This document shows, in pieces, positions 7,114-14,596 of a stretch of 14,596 bases of DNA. Position numbers and translations under genes: made by a program. Within the stretch, counting starts at the first letter, position 1, and each line of letters opens with the position of its first letter. The stretch spans positions 1 to 14,596 of the forward strand of contig JAYUVP010000230.1 of NCBI GenBank assembly GCA_043753995.1, written 5' to 3'. The notes beneath the pieces were generated by a model that saw only the letters and a list, made by a program, of their open reading frames with translations, did no database searches and was not told the origin of the DNA. The DNA is from Fibrobacterota bacterium. GTDB taxonomy: Bacteria > Fibrobacterota > Fibrobacteria > UBA11236.

Positions 7114-10100
7114 ATGAGCTCCTCGCCGAGGTCTTGGATTCGCGCAATCCTATCGAAAACTATTTCCCGCGGACAAAGCAAGGTAGCTGCCTCCGTTTTA
7201 GTCGGTTTGCTCGTGGCGTCGCCGCTATTGGCTGCACCGCAAACTGCTGAGGATTGGTATCAGCAAGGCAATAGCCAATATCAGGATGGCGATATTGACG
7301 CCTCCATGACTTCTTTGCGCAAAGCCATCGAGATGAAAAAGGACTATGTCGAAGCCTTTGTGCTACTCGGCAATGCCTATCTCGAAAACGGCAATTTTCA
7401 AAAAGCGATTCCTGCGTTAAGACGCGCATCAGAATTGAAGCCCAATGATTATGCGGTATTGTCAGCTTATTCCGCCGCCTTAGAAGGGGCAGGACAAAGT
7501 CAGACGCAAATACCGGTACTCGGCAAACTTTTCAAATTGATTCCCTCCGATTTGGTGGTGGGTATCAAATACCTCACCTTAATCGAGCACCTGGGGGTGG
7601 ACAAATTTCCGAATGAGCATGTCGAGGTCCTTGCCGCTCTCCTTAAAACACCCAATCCCGATCCCTCTTATGCTCCGAAATTGGCCAAGGCCTATGCGAA
7701 AGCCGGTCAATCCTCCCAGGCCGCGGAAGTCTATGGGGACTTGGTTAAAAAAAATCCCGATGCAGCAGAATATTGGATTGGACTCGCACGCGCACAAGCC
7801 ACTTCAAATCCTTCGGCAGCCAAGGCTTCCTATGAAAAAGCGATTTTGCTCACCGAAAATGCAGGTGAACGTTCGGTCTTACAAAAAGAACAAGCCAATG
7901 TGGGCGGCACTCCCGAAGTCGCCAAACCAGTAATAGCCGAGGCAGCGGCAATCGATAAAGCCGCAGCCGACAAAGCGGCCTCGGACAAGGCAACGGCCGA
8001 TAAAGCTTCTGCGGATAAGCTTGCTGCTGAAAAAGCATTGGCCACGAAATTGGCAGCAGACAAGGCAGCCTCAGACAAGGCAGCGGCCGATAAAGCCACT
8101 GCGGATAAGCTGACCGCCGAAAAAGCATTGGCCACGAAATTGGCGGCAGACAAAGCGGCCTCGGACAAGGCAGCGGCGGATAAAGCTACTGCGGATAAGC
8201 TTGCTGCTGAAAAAGCATTAGCCACGAAATTAGCAGCCGACAAAGCGGCATCAGACAAGGTAGCGGCCGATAAAGCTACTGCGGATAAGCTTGCTGCTGA
8301 AAAAGCGTTAGCCACGAAATTGGCAGCCGACAAAGCAGCCTCAGACATGGCAGCGGCCGATAAAGCTTCTGCGGATAAGCTTGCTGCTGAAAAAGCATTG
8401 GCCACGAAATTAGCAGCAGACAAAGCAGCATCAGACAAGGTAGCGGCCGATAAAGCTACTGCGGATAAGCTTGCTGCTGAAAAAGCATTAGCCACGAAAT
8501 TGGCGGCAGACAAGGCAGCCTCAGACAAGGCAGCGGCTGACAAAGCTACTGCGGATAAGCTTGCCGCTGAAAAAGCATTGGCCGCAAAGTTGGCCGCAGA
8601 TAAAGCGGCCTCGGACAAGGCTGCAGCGGATAAAGCTACTGCGGATAAGCTTGCCGCTGACAAAGCATTGGCCACAAAGTTGGCCGCAGATAAAGCGGCC
8701 TCGGACAAGGCTGCGGCGGACAAAGCTTCTGCAGAAAAGCTTGCAACTGAAAAAGCATTGGCCGCAAAGTTGGCGGCAGACAAAGCGGCCTCGGACAAGG
8801 CAGCAGCGGATAAAGCTACTGCGGATAAGCTTGCCGCTGAAAAAGCATTGGCCGCAAAGTTGGCCGCAGATAAAGCGGCCTCGGACAAGGCAGCAGCGGA
8901 TAAAGCTACTGCGGAAAAGCTTGCAGCTGAAAAAGCGTTGGCCACAAAGTTGGCCGCAGACAAAGCCGCCTCAGACAAGGCAGCGGCAGAGAAGCTTGCC
9001 GCCGAAAAAGCGTTGGCCGCAAAATTAGCGGCAGACAAGGCCGCAGCCGACAAGGCAGCCTTGGCGGAAGCCAAAAAGCAAGCAGAATTGCAAGCGAAGG
9101 CCGAAGCCGAACGCAAGGCTCAGGCGCATAAAGATTCCCTGGCATTGGCTCAAGCGGAAAAGGCCCGCAAAGACAGTTTGGCGCGCGCTGAAGTGTTGTT
9201 CAAGAAGGAAGCTGAACGCCTAGCCTTGGAAGAGAAGAACCGCCGCGAACAAGCAAAACGAGATTCCATTGTCCAAGCCCAGGCTGACAAGCGCCTACGG
9301 GACAGTTTGGTTCGCGTCGAAAAAATTCGCGTCGAAAGTGTCGCACGCGCCGAAAAGGCCTATAGGGACAGCTTAATTCGCGCTGAGGTGGCGTATAAAG
9401 ACAGCTTAGTCAAGGCGGAAAAGGCACAGCGTGAAGCACTGATATTGGCTGAAAAGCAGGCTAAGGCTGAGGCCGCGCGCCAAGCTTTGCTAGAGAAGCA
9501 AAGGCAAGACAGTGTCTCCCGTGCCGAAAAGCGTTTTCAGGATAGCCTTGCCCGCGTAGAAAAATTCCGGGCTGATTCCATGATGCGCGCCGAAAAGTCG
9601 CGCTTAGATTCGTTGATGCGCGTTGAGGCATTGGCCAAGGCCCAAGCCAAGAAAGACAGCACCGTGCGCGCCGAGGAAGAGAAGCGAGTTCGTCTTGAGG
9701 CCGAAAGAAAAGCCAAAGAAGAGGCTGCGCGCCTTGCAAAGGAAGAGGCGGATAGACTCGCCAAGGAAAAAGCCGATGCTTTGGCGAGGGCCGAGGCCGA
9801 ACGAAAAACTCAGGCCGAAAAAGAAAAAGCTTTTCAAGATCAAGTTACGGCGGTTGTCTCTGGCTCCTCGGCCAAAATCGATACTGCCGACCTGCAGATG
9901 AAAATCATGGAGCACCGCTCCCAGAGCAAAGTACCGGATTCCAGGCTTTATGAAGCCGAAGGCATCCTGGCTTTCAAGCAGTGGAATTTTGCCTTAGCCG
10001 TGGAAATGCTTCGCAAGGCGAAAGCCCTCAACCCCTTGGCCACACGCCTCTTAGCCATGGCCTTGACTGAGCAGGGTGAACATGCTTCGGCGTTGAAGGA

Positions 10101-13100
10101 ATATGCCAAGGTTTCGGACACCCATGTCGATCGAGAAACCTGGACCCGCTATATCAAATCACTGGCGGCGCAAAAGCAAGGCCCTAAGGCCGCGCAAGAA
10201 TACGAAGCCTATTTGGCAAAATATCCGGATAGTGATGAAGCTCTGGTTTGGCTCATCGGCTATTATCGCCAGCCTTTGCAAAAGGACAAGCTATTGCCAA
10301 AGCTTGAAATCATGCTGGCGCGCACTCCGAATGATGCCGGCTTATTAGCGGAAATTGTTTCTTTGACCGAAGCTACTTCACCCAAAGCCATTGAATATCG
10401 TGAACGTTATCTCAAACAAAATTCTGACGACATCAAAGCCAAGCGCGAGCTGGCCGGCTTGTATGAAGACAAAGGCCGCAATGGCGATGCCTTAAAGATT
10501 TACCAGGAAATTGCCCCCAACTTTGCCGCCGATAAGGCCTTTTATCTCAAGGTCGGCGAAATGCTCGTGGCAGCCAAAAAGCCCACCGATGCTGTACCCT
10601 ATTTTGAGGCCGTGGCCAATCTCGATGGCAACAACAAAAAGCTGCTCTTGCGCGTGGCCTCCTTGCATGAAGAAATCAAACAGCCGGAGCGGGCCCTCGA
10701 ATTCTATAACCGTGCCTTGGCTTTGGAGCCCAAAGATGCGGCCGTTCAAGGCAAGGTTGCGCAATTAGCTGCCACTAAGGGAAAGGAAGCCCAGCGCGAA
10801 GCCCTATTGCGCATCGCCGATGGCGATGCCACTGCCCATGCAGCGAATTTTGAATTGGCCAAAGCGGCTTCGGCGGAAGGTGACAAGGAAAGGGCCTACG
10901 GCTATTTGGCTAAAGCCCTCAAGGTTCAGCCCGCCAATACCCAATATCAGGCCTTATTGCCCGACGTGGTGGCAAACGATGCCCAGGTCGCCGAGCACTT
11001 GCCCAGCCTGGAAAGGTTGGCAGGCCAGAGCGGAGCCAAGCCGGCTTTGATTTTACTTGTGGCCAAGTCCAATTTGGCGAGGAAGAATATTCCCGGCGCC
11101 GCGCGTTGGTATGGCCAACTTTATTCCACATCGCCAAAACTGCTCGAAGGCCAGCGCGAAGCCATAGTGGTTCTCGCCGAGGCGAAGAACTTGGATGCTG
11201 CCGGACTTTTGGCTGAACGTTTTCTCGCCGCCAATCCCCAAGACAAAGAAATTCGAAAAATCCAATTGAGCGCTCTCATGGCATCGCCCAAGGGTGATGC
11301 CAAATTGCGAGAAGTGCTAACCGCCTATTGGGTAGCGGATCCGGATGGCGCGTCGCCGCATTTACTGCACTTGGCGGAATTGGATTTGGCTGCCAAGGAT
11401 ATTCCTTCGGCTATTACTCATGGCAAGGCTTGGCTCACCAAGAATCCCAAGGATTTAGCGGGTCATCGCTTCCTCGTTTCTTTGCTAAAGGATCGCCAGG
11501 GGGAAGAAGACGCCTATCTCGCAAGCCTCACCTTACTATCTGCTCTCGATCCTGCCTCCAAGGGGCGCTTTGAAAAAGAATTGGCTGATTTGCTATATGC
11601 GCGCGGCGATTTTGAAGAAGCAAATAAACACAGTGAAAACCTTTTAAAGTCTGCGCCGAATGATGCCGCACTCTGGTATCGCTCTGGTGAAATTGCCCAA
11701 AAATTGCGTAAGGAGGACATGGCTAAAATCCGTTTCGGAAAGGCGTATACCCATAGCTCGGGCAATGCCAAATATGCCCGTACCTATGGTCAATTACTGA
11801 TCACCGACACTGAATTGAAGGCCAATCTTTCGCTTTGGAAATTCATGTCCACGCAAAACCCAACTACGGAAGAGCGCGTTAAACTCGCTAAGTCCTATTT
11901 CTTAAACGAGGATTTCGCCGGATCGGCGGCACAATGGGATGGCTTAGTTAAATCGGATGCCGGATTGGCTGCCAATGAGCCCCAGGTTGCCGAGTCTTTC
12001 TTGCGTTCCGGGCAAACCGGCAAGGCGCGCGCCCTCTATGAGGAAAGGCTCAAATCAAATCCAGAAGACTTGAAATTGCTTGAGCAGGTAGCCCAACTTT
12101 ATAAGCAAGAGGGTAATGCTGCGGGTTATGTGACGACTTTGGAGCGCATTGTCAAAATCGATCCCAAGCTCAAGGAATATCAATTGCGTTTGGCCGAGGA
12201 AAAAGAAAAAGCCAAGAATTTCCCGGAAGCGCTGGCGAATTACGATGCCTGGGTATCGCGCCATGAGTCTGACATGGTGGCCTTAAAATCCATGCACCGC
12301 CTCAGTGAACAGCAAAAAGACACCACGCGTTTGTTGGAAGCCCTGGTGCGGTTGATTCGCCAGAAGAATCCCCCGGTGGAATACAAAAGGCAAATGGCGG
12401 AAATCGATTATCGCCGAACGGGCAATGTGAAAGGTGTGGAAAGCCAGGTCAAAACGGATCCCGCCTGGTCGCAAGGCCGTTCCTTATTGGCGCATGAATA
12501 TCTCAAGAAAGGCGATCGCGTCAAGCTTTTGCCCTTTGTTGGATTCTTGGAAGAAGAGAGCAAGCGAGATGCCTCCTTGTTTGAGCCCCTGGGCGATATT
12601 TATGCCTTGCAGAAAAAATCACCGCAAGCGAATTCGGCCTATTTGCAAGCGGTACGAGCCGAAGGCAAGGATCGCGCGCTATTCGATAAGGTGAATGGCT
12701 TTGCCAAACAGACCAATTCTCCTACGCAATCCGAATTGCTCAAGCTCGGCGTAGCGAATTTTCCTGACGATGCTGAATTGAAGTTGTCTTATGCCAAATC
12801 TTTGGGTAAGACCCAAGCTGCTTTGGATGTCTATCAGCAAATTGTCGGTAAGGATGCCGGCTTATCTGTATTAGAGCAAGCCATAGACGTGGCCGTGACC
12901 CTTCAGCGCTATGCCATGGCCTTGCAATGGCTGGAAATTTGGGCGCAAAAAGAGCCGGGTGAAAACAAGGTTTGGGAGCAGACGCTTTCCGTCGCCAATG
13001 CTTCTGGTAATAAGTCCAAGGCCGGCGAAGCCCTGGAAAAATTGAATTCGATTAATCCCGGGAATAAGGTCTATGCCTTGGCCCTCGCCAAGGCTTATGA

Positions 13101-14596
13101 AGAACAGAATAAGTTGGATAAAGCCGTCGAGGTCTATAAGCGCATCCTGGCTATGGACGCCAAAAATCGACCGGTCTTGCTGCGGTTATTGGCTTTGTCC
13201 AAAACCGAATCTCAAACCGCATCTTTACGTGATCTGCTATTGCAAGTCGATCAAGCGGATCCTACCGCACATGAAGCTCAATATCAATTGGCCAAGCTTT
13301 TCGCCAAAGAGGGTGATAAGGAACGTGCATACGGATACCTGAACAAAGCCTTGCGCAATCAGCCTATGAATGCGGAATACCAAGCCCTGCTCCCTGAGGT
13401 CATCGTCACCGAGGGGCAGGTGGCGGATCATTTGCCTGCAATTGAAAGGTTGGCGGCAACCCCGGGTTCTAAGGCGGAGTTGCAAATGCTTGCGGCTCGT
13501 GGAAACTTGGCCAAGAAAAATTCAGCAGGTGCGGCCCGTTGGTATGCCCAAGTATTCCAATCCCAACGCAGTTTGTTGGAAGGCAAGCGCGAGCCCATTC
13601 TTTCCCTTTTCAGCGTCAAAAATTATCAGGCCGCCGGAACCTTGGCCGACCTTTATCTCGCGAAGGAAGCCAAGGACAAGGAAATCCGTAACATACAGGT
13701 GACTTGCTTGCAGGCTACCGCGACGACGCCCGCGAAAATGCGTGAAGCACTTTCCGCCTTGGTCGAGGTCGACTCCATGGCGGCTTCCAAACATTTATTG
13801 ACCTTGGCCAATCTGGACGTCGCCGCTAAAGATTCCATGGCTGCCTTAGAGCATGGGAAAATGTGGGTGAAAGCCAATCCCAAGGACTTGGCCGGACATC
13901 GTTTTCTGTATCCCCTGCTTAAGGGTCAGGTCGGACAAGAAGAGGCCTATCTCGCCACCTTGATAGCCTTGTCCAGCTTGGATGCGACGGCCAAGGGACG
14001 CTATGATGTCGAGTTGGCCAATCTGTATATACAGCGCGGCGACTTCGATGATGCCCAGAAATTGCTCCTCAAGGCGATACAGGCGACTCCTGGAGATGCC
14101 TCACTCTGGACTAAACTCGGTGATTGCGAAACCAAATTACGCAAGGAGGAAAGCGCAAAAAATCGTTATCAAAAAGCCTATTCTCTGGCTCCAGGCAATG
14201 CCACTTACGCTCATACATACGGAGCCTTGGTGAAAGGCGATGTCGAAATCAAAGGCACCCTAGCCTTGTGGCGTTTTCTTGCCAGCCAAAATCCAAGTGC
14301 GGATGAACGCCGCAATTATGCCAAGTCCTTATTCTTGAATGGAGATTTTGCGGGATCCGCCCTGCAATGGGATTGGTTTGTGCGAAATGATCCGCAAATT
14401 GGGGTGACCGAACCCATGGTCGCAGAAGCCTTTTTGCGATCGGGTCAAACCGCGCGTGCCCGCACGATTTATGAGGAACGGCTAAAATCCACGCCTGATG
14501 ATTTGAAATTACTGGAGCAAATAGCCCAACTGTATAAGCAAGAGAACAATAATTCAGGTTATGTCGGAGCCTTGGAGCGCATAGTCAAGGCCGATC
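7114..14596 (+). CDS. Giant exported tetratricopeptide-repeat protein with a TolA-like Ala/Lys/Asp helical rod (>2494 aa, 3'-truncated by the window edge)
   Basis: Frame 1 is open from ATG 7114 (upstream in-frame stop TAA 7060-7062; SD GGAG) to the window end, which explains its absence from the ORF track. Signal peptide MSSSPRSWIRAILSKTISRGQSKVAASVLVGLLVASPLLA|APQ. TPR motifs include AEDWYQQG, AFVLLGNAYLENGNFQKAIPALRRASELKPND, AKRELAGLYEDKGRNGDALKIYQEI and ALEFYNRALALEPKD. Confidence 0.92.
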   Translation, partial: MSSSPRSWIRAILSKTISRGQSKVAASVLVGLLVASPLLAAPQTAEDWYQQGNSQYQDGDIDASMTSLRKAIEMKKDYVEAFVLLGNAYLENGNFQKAIPALRRASELKPNDYAVLSAYSAALEGAGQSQTQIPVLGKLFKLIPSDLVVGIKYLTLIEHLGVDKFPNEHVEVLAALLKTPNPDPSYAPKLAKAYAKAGQSSQAAEVYGDLVKKNPDAAEYWIGLARAQATSNPSAAKASYEKAILLTENAGERSVLQKEQANVGGTPEVAKPVIAEAAAIDKAAADKAASDKATADKASADKLAAEKALATKLAADKAASDKAAADKATADKLTAEKALATKLAADKAASDKAAADKATADKLAAEKALATKLAADKAASDKVAADKATADKLAAEKALATKLAADKAASDMAAADKASADKLAAEKALATKLAADKAASDKVAADKATADKLAAEKALATKLAADKAASDKAAADKATADKLAAEKALAAKLAADKAASDKAAADKATADKLAADKALATKLAADKAASDKAAADKASAEKLATEKALAAKLAADKAASDKAAADKATADKLAAEKALAAKLAADKAASDKAAADKATAEKLAAEKALATKLAADKAASDKAAAEKLAAEKALAAKLAADKAAADKAALAEAKKQAELQAKAEAERKAQAHKDSLALAQAEKARKDSLARAEVLFKKEAERLALEEKNRREQAKRDSIVQAQADKRLRDSLVRVEKIRVESVARAEKAYRDSLIRAEVAYKDSLVKAEKAQREALILAEKQAKAEAARQALLEKQRQDSVSRAEKRFQDSLARVEKFRADSMMRAEKSRLDSLMRVEALAKAQAKKDSTVRAEEEKRVRLEAERKAKEEAARLAKEEADRLAKEKADALARAEAERKTQAEKEKAFQDQVTAVVSGSSAKIDTADLQMKIMEHRSQSKVPDSRLYEAEGILAFKQWNFALAVEMLRKAKALNPLATRLLAMALTEQGEHASALKEYAKVSDTHVDRETWTRYIKSLAAQKQGPKAAQEYEAYLAKYPDSDEALVWLIGYYRQPLQKDKLLPKLEIMLARTPNDAGLLAEIVSLTEATSPKAIEYRERYLKQNSDDIKAKRELAGLYEDKGRNGDALKIYQEIAPNFAADKAFYLKVGEMLVAAKKPTDAVPYFEAVANLDGNNKKLLLRVASLHEEIKQPERALEFYNRALALEPKDAAVQGKVAQLAATKGKEAQREALLRIADGDATAHAANFELAKAASAEGDKERAYGYLAKALKVQPANTQYQALLPDVVANDAQVAEHLPSLERLAGQSGAKPALILLVAKSNLARKNIPGAARWYGQLYSTSPKLLEGQREAIVVLAEAKNLDAAGLLAERFLAANPQDKEIRKIQLSALMASPKGDAKLREVLTAYWVADPDGASPHLLHLAELDLAAKDIPSAITHGKAWLTKNPKDLAGHRFLVSLLKDRQGEEDAYLASLTLLSALDPASKGRFEKELADLLYARGDFEEANKHSENLLKSAPNDAALWYRSGEIAQKLRKEDMAKIRFGKAYTHSSGNAKYARTYGQLLITDTELKANLSLWKFMSTQNPTTEERVKLAKSYFLNEDFAGSAAQWDGLVKSDAGLAANEPQVAESFLRSGQTGKARALYEERLKSNPEDLKLLEQVAQLYKQEGNAAGYVTTLERIVKIDPKLKEYQLRLAEEKEKAKNFPEALANYDAWVSRHESDMVALKSMHRLSEQQKDTTRLLEALVRLIRQKNPPVEYKRQMAEIDYRRTGNVKGVESQVKTDPAWSQGRSLLAHEYLKKGDRVKLLPFVGFLEEESKRDASLFEPLGDIYALQKKSPQANSAYLQAVRAEGKDRALFDKVNGFAKQTNSPTQSELLKLGVANFPDDAELKLSYAKSLGKTQAALDVYQQIVGKDAGLSVLEQAIDVAVTLQRYAMALQWLEIWAQKEPGENKVWEQTLSVANASGNKSKAGEALEKLNSINPGNKVYALALAKAYEEQNKLDKAVEVYKRILAMDAKNRPVLLRLLALSKTESQTASLRDLLLQVDQADPTAHEAQYQLAKLFAKEGDKERAYGYLNKALRNQPMNAEYQALLPEVIVTEGQVADHLPAIERLAATPGSKAELQMLAARGNLAKKNSAGAARWYAQVFQSQRSLLEGKREPILSLFSVKNYQAAGTLADLYLAKEAKDKEIRNIQVTCLQATATTPAKMREALSALVEVDSMAASKHLLTLANLDVAAKDSMAALEHGKMWVKANPKDLAGHRFLYPLLKGQVGQEEAYLATLIALSSLDATAKGRYDVELANLYIQRGDFDDAQKLLLKAIQATPGDASLWTKLGDCETKLRKEESAKNRYQKAYSLAPGNATYAHTYGALVKGDVEIKGTLALWRFLASQNPSADERRNYAKSLFLNGDFAGSALQWDWFVRNDPQIGVTEPMVAEAFLRSGQTARARTIYEERLKSTPDDLKLLEQIAQLYKQENNNSGYVGALERIVKAD
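7954..9063 (+). repeat. Intragenic tandem repeat: 15-nt pentads organised into 90-nt (30-aa) units
   Basis: Unit DKAAS-DKAAA-DKATA-DKLAA-EKALA-(T/A)KLAA. Unit starts are 7969, 8059, 8149, 8239, 8329, 8419, 8509, 8599, 8689, 8779 and 8869 (11 full units), then a 75-nt unit at 8959. About 74 pentads in total. Confidence 0.95.
9298..9640 (+). repeat. Two runs of degenerate 33-nt (11-aa) repeats xDS(L/V/M)xR(A/V)EKxx
   Basis: RDSLVRVEKIR-VESVARAEKAY-RDSLIRAEVAY-KDSLVKAEKAQ-REALILAEKQA and QDSVSRAEKRF-QDSLARVEKFR-ADSMMRAEKSR-LDSLMRVEALA. Confidence 0.8.
10620..14596 (+). repeat. Long intragenic duplication, period 2433 nt (811 aa); the second copy is cut by the window end
   Basis: Anchors are offset by exactly 2433 nt: EGDKERAYGYL 10876/13309, NPKDLAGHRFL 11443/13876, LRSGQT 12001/14434, LERIVK 12139/14572. 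The start of the unit (about 10620/13050) is approximate. Confidence 0.9.

Noticed and set aside
7954..9063. CRISPR array or non-coding satellite
   Set aside because: There are no unique spacers. Variation is mostly at synonymous third positions and indels are multiples of 15 nt, so the repeat is protein-coding.
7830..9116. 428-aa Ala/Ser/Leu-rich minus-strand ORF (and 8561-9028 in another + frame)
   Set aside because: These are shadow frames of the 15/90-nt coding repeat. The + frame-1 reading is continuous with the signal peptide and TPR domains.
7114..9861. Calling the giant gene tolA
   Set aside because: Only the low-complexity helix resembles TolA. It has a cleavable-looking signal peptide and TPRs, no visible TolA C-terminal domain, and no adjacent tolQR/tolB/pal genes in the window.
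9461..14306. Numerous 60-110 aa ORFs on alternative frames and strands
   Set aside because: All lie inside the giant TPR CDS and show no independent coding signals.

Overview
Bacterial chromosomal window, probably from the FCB group (Fibrobacterota-like; inferred from protein features, not established). It contains: (1) the 3' part of an Omp85/BamA-TamA family outer-membrane protein (<1-1296); (2) a 917-aa secreted glucose/sorbosone-dehydrogenase-family beta-propeller with FN3/Ig/cadherin-like domains and a short basic C-terminal tail (1464-4217); (3) a compact EF-P beta-lysylation locus, with epmB on the - strand and efp then epmA on the + strand (4248-6899); (4) a hairpin-dense 214-bp intergenic leader; (5) a giant ORF absent from the supplied track because it has no stop in the window (7114->14596, >2494 aa). 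This giant protein is the most unusual element. It has a signal peptide, N-terminal TPRs, then a 644-residue Pro/Gly-free helical rod built from 5/30-, 11- and 7-residue repeats with 11 clustered D-S-(L/I/V/M/T) motifs. A TPR solenoid follows, containing an internal duplication with an exact 2433-nt (811-aa) period.
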